This document shows, piece after piece, positions 41,317-54,161 of a DNA stretch of 64,000 nucleotides. The translations under genes and the position numbers were made by a program. How positions within the stretch are numbered: the first letter of the stretch is position 1; each line of letters starts with the position of its first letter. A model generated the notes under the pieces. The model was not told where the DNA came from and did no database searches. It saw only the letters and a program-made list of their open reading frames with translations. The DNA is from the human T2T-CHM13v2.0 reference genome, Homo sapiens: the NCBI RefSeq assembly GCF_009914755.1, contig NC_060942.1, one strand, 5' to 3'.

Positions 41317-41474
41317 TGTAGTCTAAGTATGTAGACTACATTATGTAATGTACATTATGTAGACTACATTATGTAATGTACATTATGTAATGCTTACATT
41401 ATGTAATGTACATTATGTAATGCTTACATTATGTAATGTACATTATGTAATGCTTACATAATGTAAGCATTATG
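41317..41474. repeat. Palindromic minisatellite: 8x TACATTATGTA + 1x TACATAATGTA with atg/gac/atgct spacers
   Basis: Read directly; 28-30 bp higher-order period. Confidence 0.95.
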
Positions 41475-41960
41475 TCTAGAAAAGCAATGTACATATCTTT
41501 TTTTAAAATATTGCTAAAAATTTTAACAATCATCTGAGCCCTTAGCAAGTTGTAGTCTTTTTGGTAGTCAAGGGTCTTGCCTTGATGTTTATGACAACTG
41601 AATGATCAGGGTGATGGTTGCAGAAGGTTGGGTTACCTGTGGCAGTTTCCTAAAATAAAACGAACGTAAACTTTGCCACACCCATTGACTCTTTTTTTCA
41701 CAAAAGATTTGTCTGCAGCATGCAATGCTGCTTGTTAGCATTTTATCCACAGTAGAACTTCTTTCAAAATTGAAGTCAGTCCTCCCTCTCAAATACTGTC
41801 ACTGCTTTAACAACTATGTTTATGGAGTATTTTGAATCTTTTGTTGTCATTTCAACAATGTTCACAGCATCTTCACCAAGCATAGATCGCATCTCAAGAA
41901 ACTACTCTTTGCTGCTCATCCATAAGAAGCAACTCTTCATCTGTTCAAGTTTTAGCATGA

Positions 41961-42558
<598 letters not shown>

Positions 42559-44834
42559 TAATAAGACTTGAAAGTCGAAATGACTTCTTGATTTTTGGGC
42601 AGTAGAATGGATGTTGTGTTAGCAGGAATGTAAATGGCATTCAACTTCTGCATCTCCATCGGAGCTCTTGGATGATCAGGTACATTGTCTATGAGCAGTA
42701 ATATTTTGAAATCTTCTTTTCTGAACAGTGGGTCTCAACAGTGGGCTTAAATATTCATAAACCATGCTCTAAACAGATGTGATGTCATTCAGGCTTTGTT
42801 CTTCCGTTTATAGAGCACAGGCAATGTAGATGTAGCGTAATTCTTAAGGGCCCTAGGACTTCTGAAATGACGAATGAGCAGTGGCTTCAACTTAAAGTCA
42901 CTGCCTACGTTAGACCCTTACCAAGAGAGTCAGTCTATGGTTGTGAGAGTCTTAGATGGTGTCTTATTCTAAAACAAGGCTGTTTCATCTGCACTGAAAC
43001 TTTGTGGTGTAGTATAGTCACCTGCATCAATAACTTGTTGCAGTTTCTACATCAGTACTTGTTGCTTTGCTTTGTGCTTTTATGTTATGGAAATGACTTC
43101 TGTCCTTAAATCTCATGAACAAACCTCTTTTAACTTCCAACTTTTCTTTTGCAGTTTCCTCACCTTTCTCAGCTTTTATAGAAATGGAGAGAATTAGGGC
43201 CTTGCTCTGGATTGGGCTTTCACCCATGGGAATGTTGTGGCTAGTTTGATCTACCCAGACCACCAAAACTTCTATATCAGCAATAAGGGTGTTTACCTTT
43301 CTTTTCATTTGTGGTTCCCTGGAATGGCATTTTTAATATCCTTCAAGAACTTTTCCTTTGCATTCGTACCTTGGCTGCTCAGTATGAGAGACTTAGCTTT
43401 CAACCTATCTTGGCTTTTCCTGTGCCTTCTTCACTAAGCTTAATCATTTCTAGCTTTTGATTTAAAGTGAGAGACATGCATCTTTTCCTTTTACTTGAAC
43501 ACTTATTGTGCACTGTAGGTTTATTAATTGGCCTCATTGCAGTATTACTGTGTCTTGGAATAGGGAAGCCCTAGGAGAGGGAGAGAGACAGGGAAACGGC
43601 TGGTTGTTGGATTAGTCAGAACACATTCAACATTAATTGATTAAGTGTGCCATCCTATATGGGTATGCTTTGTGGCACCCCTGGTTACAATAGTAACATC
43701 AAAGATCACTGATCACAGATCACCATAACAGATAAAATAATAATGAAAAAGTTTGAAATATTATGTGAATAACTACAGTGTGACACAAAGACATGGAGTG
43801 AATGCATGCTGTTGGAAAAATGATGCCAATAGACTGCTTGGGTGCAGGGTTGCTACAAACCTTCATTCTGTTAAAAAAAAAAAATGCAATGTGTGCAAGG
43901 TACAATAAAATGAGTTATGCCTATAGTATTAAATAAGGAAATATGGGTTGCTGGCAGGTGGTCTCTGTCCTCCTGGTTTACAAAATAGTGGAAAAACCAA
44001 GAGTAAGTTATTACAGGTGCTATAGTTGTTACAAATAGGAAAGTGTGGACCATCAAATATTTACAGGAGACTTAACCTGGTTTGTGAGCTTAAAGAGGAG
44101 ACTGAAGTTGAGTTGGTAGTCCCAAAGTCTCAGAATTTTCTGATTATGAGTTTCAAGTGTCTAACAGGGTGAATGACAATTAGAATTGGAAGATAATACG
44201 TACATTTAAAAATTTTTTGAGCTTTGCAATTTTCTTCACTTTTTAGTTATTTTTAAAAGTAAAATTTTAAAAAGTACATACTTGTGAAGAGGACAAGTAT
44301 GTCAAGACAACCTTTATAGAGAAATACTGGAAGCATTTCCATCCTAAACATTAAAGAGTTTTATTATTATTAAGGGAAAACTCAGTAAAGTGAAAGCTAC
44401 TTTGTTGACTGACACCTTTTTAGTCCAAGTTATCTCATTGATTGTCACTTATGGAAAATTTAGTCTTAGCAATTTGTTTTGTTCAAATCTCTTGGTAGTT
44501 GGCAGGAATAGAAAGCATGTCTCTTAATCAACTGTTTAAATGTCTGTTTTACAGGATCTTTCATTTAAGAAGCAATCCAAATTCTCTAAAACTTGAGCTT
44601 TCAGGAAAAAAGAAAACAGATGATTTTTAAAGATTCTAACCAGTAGTAGTCATTAAACAGAAGTGCTTTGAAAACTTGAAAATTTGGAATTTCTTGTGTA
44701 ATATTAAACATAGAATGCACTCTTCTGATCCATTACTGAAAAAAAGGATCCTTCTATAATTTCTTAGTTTTATGCAAAGCATCTTGAATCCTTCCCACTT
44801 TTTTTTTTTTTTTTGAAACTACTACCTAAAACAC

Positions 44835-45025
44835 GTCATTTACTGGCCACTTAGTCTGTGCCGGACACTATACTGTGACTTTCTTTTATTTACTAATTTA
44901 ACCCTCATGCTCTTCTCTAAGGTTTATATTATGATGTCCATTTTAAAGATGAAGGGGCTGTGGGGCACAGAGAAGTTAAGTAATTTGGTGACGTGCCAAA
45001 AGTAATACAGCTGAAAAGTGATAGA
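44835..45025 (-). mobile_element. MIR SINE
   Basis: ccattttaaagatgaagg...ggcacagagaagttaagtaattt. Confidence 0.75.
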
Positions 45026-45060
45026 TAAAAGTAAAATGTTTACTTGATATTTAGGAATAA

Positions 45061-45315
<255 letters not shown>

Positions 45316-45449
45316 TAATTTTTCCCTTTTCAAATTGTTTTCTCTTTTCCTTTCCTTAGATGTACCAAATGCTAGTGTTACTAATTTTGAAGTTTTACTA
45401 GTGAATATTGCATGTGTACTCACAGCACACAGATTACTATATTAGGGAA

Positions 45450-45680
45450 TAGTGTTTTGCAAGCTATCAAGGCTGAATACCTGAGTTAAAAATCTTGACT
45501 CTGCCACTTACTAGCTGTATAAACTTGCATAAATTACATATTCTCTATGTGTCTCCGGTTTCTTAAGAGTGGTGATAGCAATATTAACTCATCTTTAAGG
45601 GTTGTTTAATCATTAAGTGAATTAACACTCATAGGAAACTGTCTAATACATAGTGCTTAGTAAGTCTTAGCTACTATTAC
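45450..45680 (+). mobile_element. MIR SINE
   Basis: ctctgccacttactagctgtataaacttg ... agggttgtt...attaagtgaattaa. Confidence 0.8.
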
Positions 45681-45708
45681 TTATTTATGTTAAAATGAAA
45701 TAGAAGGA

Positions 45709-45920
45709 GCAGGTGTGGTGGCTCATGCTTGTAATCCTAGCACTTTAAAGGCTGAGGTGTGCAGATCACTTGAGTCAGAAGTTCAAAACCAGCCTGGCCA
45801 ACATGGTGACACCCGGGAGGTAGAGGGTGTAGCAAGCTGAGATTACACCAGTGCGCTCCAGCCTGGGCGACAGAGCGAGACTCCGTCTCAAAAAAAAAAA
45901 AAAAAAAAAAAAAGAAATGG
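45709..45920 (+). mobile_element. AluS with internal deletion fusing the left and right arms
   Basis: ...ccaacatggtgacacc|cgggaggtagagg...; TSD ATGAAATAGAAGGA at 45695-45708 and 45921-45934. Confidence 0.93.
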
Positions 45921-46716
45921 ATGAAATAGAAGGACGGAGCATGCTAGTGAGCTCAAATAGTTTAATAAAAAGTTGCATTTTTTGTTAACTGTTTACACCT
46001 CTTTAGTAGTTAAACTGAAAATAATAGCATATTATTTGAATTAAAAGTTAGCTATTAACAATATAAAAATTAGGAGTTCCCAAATGTATATCTGACACTG
46101 TACCACGTGTCCACACACATTATCGTGTTACAACTGTCCTCTGAGGTACGTATTCCTGTCCCTAATTTAGAGATGGACTTCAAGTAAATTGCCCAAACTT
46201 TTATGTATCTTGCAAATGGTAGAGTTGACTCCAAATCCCACATTTTTTCTACTTTTTGCTTTTCAGAGAATCTTAAAATTTGCAAATAGTAGTAACCATT
46301 GGGTGAAAAATCTTAGCCTTAGTGATAGGAAATGGTTTTGTGAAGATCATTAGGTTTGTTATTGACAAAACCAGGTCTAAATTTTAGACTTCCTGAATCA
46401 GTCCAGTCATTTAAATTATTACATGAGCTCAAGATTGGATTTTTGAATTTTTCTTTATGATTATGGTTATGCTATGCTTTATGTTGTGTGTTTTATTTGG
46501 AGAAGAACCGAAAAAGAGGAAAATAATTTTTCTTTCCCAGGCTACTTTATATTTTTCTATTTTTAAGGGAAGATGCTCTTTATATTTTATCTCACTCTAT
46601 ATTGGAGGTCTTCAGTCTCAAGTCATGCTTATTTACTTTCTTCCCTATGCCATGTAGAACGTTTTGTAAGTAAAAGTCTATTCAGAATTTTATGATGGGG
46701 TGAAAACTGTAACCTA

Positions 46717-47053
46717 GTCTTTTCCAACTTACGGTCTACTAGTCACTAATTTTGTGTGTTTCTTTTTTAGTTCTTTTTTTAAGCTCTGTTATGTTTTTAA
46801 GAAGATAAAAGCTCTATTTTGTTTTTAAAAAGAGAGAATCTTGGCCAGATATGTTTGGGAAATGCTAGTTTAAAGCTAAATGGGCTTAAACAAACAAACA
46901 AACAAACAAACAAACAGCACTTACCCAAACCTTTAATATGCAGACTTGCACATAAATCTCCCAAGAGGCATTACCCATAATCTTTGACCATGCGCTTTTT
47001 CCAGAGTACAATGTGACTCTAGTGTTGCACAGAACACACTTTAGGAAGTGTTG
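46717..47053. mobile_element. hAT-Charlie element (Charlie4a/4z-like) containing (AAAC)7 at 46888-46915
   Basis: tgtttgggaaatgct, cctttaatatgc, tttgacca, ctagtgttgcacagaacacactttaggaagtgttg. Confidence 0.65.
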
Positions 47054-47059
47054 CATTAA

Positions 47060-47338
<279 letters not shown>

Positions 47339-48094
47339 TAACTAAATATTACAACTTTATTAAATAACTTACTTTATGATGCACGTTTATAACTTTTCCC
47401 CCTCAGCATAAAGTACCAGATAGTCCTCAATTTGAGTCATTTTATTGGTGCTTTGGGCATATAAATGGATTCATATGCAATATGAAAATAAACTAGGCTT
47501 AAATATTTTATTAGGGAAACCTAGAATATTTACTGTCAATGTGTTTATGAACCTTACTGTAATTGTTGTCAGTGCTTGTGATTACATCGTAGAAATGTAT
47601 AACTTTGATATTAGAGTTAATACACTAAGCAACTTTTTAACTATACATATAAGTAGACACATTTTTGAGATAAAACAGGCCTGTTAGACTAGTGCTACTC
47701 TGAAAAGTACTTTGGAAAGTGCATTGCAGAAGCTGATGTAGTACATATTTTTTAATTTGTCTATAAGACTTCTAATTTAAAAGAAATCATTAATATCTCT
47801 GATGTTGAAAACAAGTAACACATGTTTTATTATTAGAACAGTTCAAGTGATTTTTCAGTGTGTGTATATATATTACTTTTAGTCAGATTTTAGGAGTAAT
47901 TGTTAATGGCTGAATGAATCTTTTAACTATTAGCTATTGATTAAAGTTTGTATGTTTGCATATCTTTCGGTATAACAAAATATTCAACTGAAAAAAGAAT
48001 TTTTAAATTACAGAATCATAGAATCCTTAGATAAGCCCTTTAAGAAGCCAATCTGCTACAGTCTAAGTTTTCCCTTTCAGAGCTAAGATATTGA

Positions 48095-48510
48095 TTCATT
48101 GATTCAGTCATTCATTCATTCACATATATTTTTTGAGCTCTTAACATGTATGGGAACTGTTCTACATGCTGGGGTTGATGCAGCAGAAAACAAGACAGTT
48201 ACAATGTTTGCCTTCATAGAGGTTATGTTCTAGAAAGCTCTTACAAGTTACTTGTTACTAAAAAAGTAACATCCCTCTAAAAGTGAAGCAGGTGAGAGAA
48301 CAACCATATGGCTATCTGGGGAAGAGCATTTCAGATAGAGGGAGTAGCAAGTATAGAGGTCCTAAGACCAGAGTTTAAGTGTATATGTTTGAAGAACACC
48401 AGAAACTAGTGTGCCTGGTTTGTGGGAGAGTGAGCAAAAGAGAACCTGGCAGAAGATTGGATCCAGGAGAGAATTGGATATCAGTAGTGTAGGGCTTGTA
48501 GGCCATTAGT
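48095..48510 (-). mobile_element. L2a-type 3' fragment
   Basis: ttcattcattca...ttgagc, gccttcatagaggttatgttctag, gaagagcatttcagatagagggagtagcaagt. Confidence 0.8.
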
Positions 48511-49059
48511 CCGAATGAGTTTTCCATATTGGTAGCTTGAACAAAGGGTGATTTACATTCTAGATGCTGTGAAGTGATTGGATTCTGAAAACGATGTTCA
48601 GAATATTGATTTACACTCCCCCATCACTCAAAATGTTTAGGCTAAAAATGATAGTTTGTATATATTTCTGATATTTCTCTTGTGATTGATGAACCTATCT
48701 GTTGTTATTCAATGATTAAGCCATTTAACTTTTTGTCAGCTGAATAGTTTTTTAGAGGGTTCAGGTATCCAGAAAAGAGTGGCAATCATTTTGAGTGATA
48801 TTTCTATCTTCCCCTATCCCTTCCCCTATTCCCATAGAGTGTATTGTACAAGCCATTGTCACCTTTATGTTAATACACAATCAAGCTGAATTACCTCTCT
48901 TCTTATCACAACTTGAGATATCAACATTCCTGTCTCCTTTTTGACACCTGAGCAGTATCTTATGTCCTTCCTCGTTTTATTCTTGGAGTTTCAGGAGAAC
49001 ATTATACGTGTCTGGCCAAATGTTTGAAAGGAGACAGAAACTCAATTATTCCCCAAATC

Positions 49060-49670
49060 TGCTCATATTTTATGAATTCCATGGGTCATGAGAAGAAGTT
49101 GTATTTCCCAGCTGTTGGGTATAGCATTATACATAAGTTACTAGAGCAAGCTTATTGTGTTATTGAAATCTGTACTCTGTCCTAACATTTTTTTCTGCTT
49201 TATCTGTGAAAGAATTAGGGCAAAATTCCCCTGTATGATGGTAGAATTATTAATTTCTTCTTGTAGTTCTGTTAGTGTTTGCTTTAAATATTTTGAAGCT
49301 CTTCAATTAAGTAAATAAATTGCATCTTTATCACTGTTTGGTAACCCTCTTGATATCTAATAATGCTTTTCATCTTAAAACCTGTTTTGTCTGATGTTAA
49401 TAGAGCTTTGTCTTGATTAATGTTCATGTTTATCTTCTCAATATTTTGTTGCGTTTATCTTTTCCTTTGAATTTTTTTGTAGCCTTATATTTTAGGTTTA
49501 TGTTTATATTTAGGTCCCTTGTAAATATCATGTAGCTAAATTTTGTTTTTAAATCTAGTTTAACACTCTGTTTTATAACTGGAACTTTTGCCCCATTTGC
49601 TTTTATTGTGGTTGTAGCTGTATTTTGACTGATTTCACTATCTTATTTAGTACTTTCTATACTTTCTTAT
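49060..49670 (-). mobile_element. Old L1M/HAL1-type fragment (endonuclease-region-like)
   Basis: tttcttcttgtagttctgttagtgtttgctttaaatattttgaagct, ttttgtctgatgttaatagagc. Confidence 0.7.
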
Positions 49671-50269
49671 ATATATATATAAATTACATATTCTTGCTTG
49701 TCATTGGCTAAATCCTTCTCCCTCCACCCCACCCCATCTTATTTAACTTCCTTCAGATTTGATAATATTATTGTTATTATTGTATACACTCAGTAAATAT
49801 TTAGAGATACTTTTCTTGAAGGATACCTGCACCTTCCTCACCATTTCTTCTTATGTCTGTGACCTACAATATGTGATCTTTTTTTATAAAGCACTTTTTT
49901 CTTTAAATTGTTTTAAAACCTTAAAGTATTGCTTACACAGATTGAGTTTTAACATTTACAATACATACTTCCTGTTTCACAGTTTTTTAAATTCAACTTT
50001 TCTTTATGTTCTGTAAGTAATTTTTTATCAAAAAGGCATAGTATGAAATGAAACGTGTTTGCTATTGAAATATATACATCACTGTACAAAAGTATAATGT
50101 TCTTGGCAGATAGTCAAAAGAGAAACTTTAGGCCTATATTCTGCCTATTAAACTCATGGACTCAGCTTTATATAATGGCTTCCTGATTGAGGAGTTTTTT
50201 AAATTGGATTTTTGGTGCATATTTAAAATGTACACCTAAGCTTTAAAACTGGAGATAAAATTCTTACTG

Positions 50270-52200
50270 AAAGCATTGGCACATCTACTTTGTAACAACA
50301 CCCTCTTATTACTCGGACTTTACTTAAGAAAGGACCCCTACTGTGTTAAAAGTTCTAATCTGTTGATCCCTACTCTTTCATTATTCATCAGCTCCCTTCA
50401 ATGTTTGCTTTTCTCTGAACATAGCTTTTATCCCATGGCTGTCATTTTAGTTATTATTTTATTAGTACCTGCAGTTCCCCTGGCAAAAATCTCAACTCTT
50501 GATAAGCCTCATTAATTACCTACTTTCGCTATGCCTGAATATTGCTGAAGAAAAGCACATAGCATAGCATGTTGGTGTCACTATAAATTCATGATCACAA
50601 ACCTCAGATGAGCACTCACTGCTGTCTGCCATCTTCCATTTCCCTAGACGTGTTGATCTTCCTGCTCTGCAGTGATTTTTCATACCATTTCCACTCTGTT
50701 CTTCATGCCCCGCCTCCCAATCTCTAGATGACAATTCTGCCTCATACTTAATGGAAACAATAGAAACCACTAGGTAAGAATGGTCTGTTTCCCATCACCG
50801 GTTTTATAGACAGGAATCCCTACCCCATACTTTCCTTCTGTTTTCTTACACAGAAGAAACATAGCTCTCTTCAAAGATGTGTTATTTTCTTTTCCTGATA
50901 GAAATACTCAAGTATGTGTTAGAATTTTCCATGTTAAAAATTCAGAAAAACAAAACTGTCCCTTGAAACCACATCTCTTGAAACAGCACCTTGTTTTCTT
51001 ACTTCTCTTCTCAAAGGAGTTGTTTATACATACTCTTTTCTTCCTTCTTTCCAGCCTTTAGTCCATATCATTCTGGCTCTTGCTTAAAACCCAATTTGCT
51101 AAGTTACAAAATGACCTTAATACTTTTGGTTGCACATTCTTTTCAGCTTCTTCAGAGTATTCAACAAAGTAAATAACTTTCTTCTTGAAAAACTAACTCT
51201 TCTCATGGTTTAGGTGATACTGTATATCTCTTGTTTTTCTCTTCATCTGTCTTGCCATTTCTTCTCAGTTTCATTTGTCAGCACTTTCCTCTCTCCTTGA
51301 TATCTTAATGTTCCTCAGGGTCCTCTTCTAGTCTCACTTGATACTCTTGTCCTAGGTTGTGTTAATAAACTCAAATTTGCATTTCTAGCTCAGATCTTTC
51401 ACCTGAGTTTCAGATTCATCTATTCAAACATGTATTTGATCTCCATTGTATGTCTGACAGGCATTTTGAACTTAATATTTCAAAATACAACTCTTTCCTC
51501 TTACTCTATAGATAGGCAGCTTTTTGTCTGAAATCTCCGTTTGTGCCATAACAAATCAATCCAGAAATTTGGGAGTTACTATTAATGCCTTTCTTTCCTT
51601 CCTACTTCCTCTCCACCAGCAGGTCCTGTTAATTATACTTCCAAGATATTTCTTATATATGTCTCCTTTTCACCATCTCCACTCTCATTATTTACTCTCC
51701 TAGTCTACCGTAATAGCATCTTAACTGATCTCAGGTCTGTACTTCACAGGACAACCAGTCATTTTCCTAAAATGTAAATCACATCATCTCACTCTCCTCT
51801 TAAGATCCTTTGTTGGGTATCCATTGCTTTTAAAATAAAATCCATACTCAATAATAATGTGACCTTAAAGGTCTCACATACTTTGACCTTTGCCTATCTT
51901 TTCAGTCTCTTCAGTGTTCACTATATTTTATTTACATTACTTAGCATTCCTTGAACAAGCCAAACTTAGAGCTTTCCAGTGTCATTTTGGTCTTGCCTGA
52001 ATGTCATGTCTTCATTGTTGCCTTTTCTAATCTCCCAACCTAAATTATTTCTATGACCATTTCTTTTAATGTCTCTCTCCTCTACCAATATGAAGCTCCA
52101 GGAGGACAAGGAGTCCTCTGAACTGCGGTATTCTAACCACTTGCATATTTTCTGATTTAAAATATGTTTTATGTATGTATGTAAGGATAGATAAATGGCA
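50270..52200 (+). mobile_element. Long (~1.9 kb) degenerate L2, sense, ending about 120 nt before exon ~13
   Basis: cactataaattcatgatcacaaacctca, atgttcctcagggtc, tctagctcagatctttcacctgagtttcagattc, aaatgtaaatc...cactctcct, tgaagctccaggaggacaagga. Confidence 0.8.
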
Positions 52201-52321
52201 GAAAATCTGATCTATTACATAAGATATACAGATGAAAACTGATAGGCAAATGTAAACTTACTTATTTTCCCCCATTACTAGTAGATGATAATATATAATA
52301 CATTTCTTTTAATTCTTTCAG

Positions 52322-52389
52322 CAAGATCTCTGTACCTTCTTGATATCGAGAGCCTGCAAAAACTCAACACTGGCTAATTATTTATACTG
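52322..52389 (+). CDS. PIK3C3: PIK3C3 exon ~13 (Q473-W495)
   Basis: ttctttcag|CAA GAT CTC ... TTA TAC TG|gtatgt; [22 protein letters not shown]; 68 nt (too short for the ORF track). Confidence 0.97.
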
Positions 52390-53391
52390 GTATGTAAAAA
52401 TAATTTTCTGTTTATTTTCTTATTACCCTTAAGAATTATTTTTTCTCATGCTATAAACACAAAGATGATTTAAAATAAGATATGAGCAATCATCAAAAGT
52501 CTAGATATAGTATTTATATCTAACTGTATTCCCTGACAGCTGGGTTCATGGAAATGCTTGTTGGCATCAACATTTCTCTCCCTTTCACTAAGGATATAAC
52601 TTTCCAGGAGCTAGGATATAACTGGGGAGGGTAATGGGTACTTTCAGTTTAATATCTGTTTGGCATGTAAAGTAGTTGAGTATGATATTTCACAGTTCTT
52701 CAGGAGTATATATTTTCACATTATTTACTAAAACATTGGAATCATTTAAAAAGAAAAAGTTGGAATTAAAAGTTACCTTATGGCATTTTAAACATGAGGA
52801 AACTGAGGCAGAGGCTTGCTGTAGCTGAACTTGATAGACTCTGATCTAGGATTAAATCATTTATCTACTGCTTTGCCATTTTCAGGGTATTTTCAGTTAC
52901 CTTTTCTCATTTGTTTCTATGACGTTAAATGGGCAAGCATAAATATCTCTATTTCACATTAAAACAATGTCCTGAGTCACTTGAAGGAAAGAGAGAAACT
53001 AAGGCACGGAGTGGCTGACTTCTTGAGGCACAGTTAATATGAAGCGTGGTGCCCTTTATTTGCCCCAGAATCCTGAAGAGAAAAAGGCAAGTAGCTTAAG
53101 CCACAATCAGAAATATTTTGCTTCAATAAAAAAAAAGTACTGGGATTAAACACTAGATAAGAGGGCTTCATCTAACTTTACGGAGCAAACAAAGGGCAGA
53201 GCCAGGTGGGTAAGACCTGCCTACAGCCTTCTTTACCTTTGGGAGAATCCTTTAAACTACTTATATCACTTTTTAAACTTCTTGGCATGAGGCTTTTTAC
53301 TGTCTAAATGATTTCTAATCTAATCTTACTGCTCAATTTATAGCCTTAAACAAATTACAAATTAGTAGATGTCCATTGTAAAAGCTCACTA

Positions 53392-53619
53392 CAGGTTGAG
53401 CATACCAAATCCAAAAATTTGAAATCTGAAATGCTCCAAAATCCAAAACTCTATGATCATTGACATGAGGTGCAAAAGAAATGCTCTTTGGAGCATTTCA
53501 GATTTTGAATTTTTGGATTTAAGGTGCTAAGTATAATGCAAATATTCAAAAATCAAAAAAAACTAGAAATCCAAAACATTTCTGGTTCTAAGCATTTTGG
53601 CTAAGAAATGCTGAACCAG
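53392..53619 (+). mobile_element. Tigger4a (MER46A/Zombi) MITE with TA TSDs
   Basis: TA|caggttgagcat ... atgctgaaccag|TA; internal aaatctgaaatgctccaaaatcc repeats. Confidence 0.88.
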
Positions 53620-53820
53620 TACTTTTGAATAATGATGAGGTATTTTGCTTTTTGTGAGAAAATTATACAAAATACGATTTTGTTTTAAGACTGATTTGGG
53701 AAGCTGCTCTTGTGGGTCAAGTCCAGCCTTAACTTCATTCTCCCACTCTCCAGAGGTAATGCTCTGCTGGGTACTGCCCCTGTACTTAAGAAGTAGGTAA
53801 CTAAATTGGAGCACTCTTTT

Positions 53821-54161
53821 TCCTTTTTTCTTTTTTATTGTACTTTAAGTTTTAGGGTACATGTGCACAACGTGCAGGTTTGTTACATATGTATACATGT
53901 GCCATGTTGGTGTGCTGCACCCGGTAACTCATCATTAACATTAGGTATTTCTCCCAATGCTATCCCTGCCCCCATCCCCAACCCCATGACATCAGTGTGT
54001 GATGTTCCCCGCCCTGTGTCCAAGTGTTCTCATTGTTCAATTCCCACCTGTGAGTGAGAACATGTGGTGTTTGGTTTTCTGTCCTTGCGACAGTTTGCTC
54101 AGAGTGATGGTTTCCAGCTTCATCCATGTCCCTACAAAGGACATGAACTCATCCTTTTTTA
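53821..54161 (-). mobile_element. 5'-truncated L1PA (L1PA4/5-like) 3' UTR, about 340 bp, exact 14-bp TSD
   Basis: tactttaagttttagggtacatgtgcacaacgtgcaggtttgttac...; TSD TGGAGCACTCTTTT at 53807-53820 and 54162-54175; TT/AAAA site on the minus strand. Confidence 0.96.

Noticed and set aside
41317-41474. Palindromic repeat array as CRISPR-like
   Set aside because: Spacers are 3-5 nt and repeated, not unique; eukaryotic intron with no cas genes.
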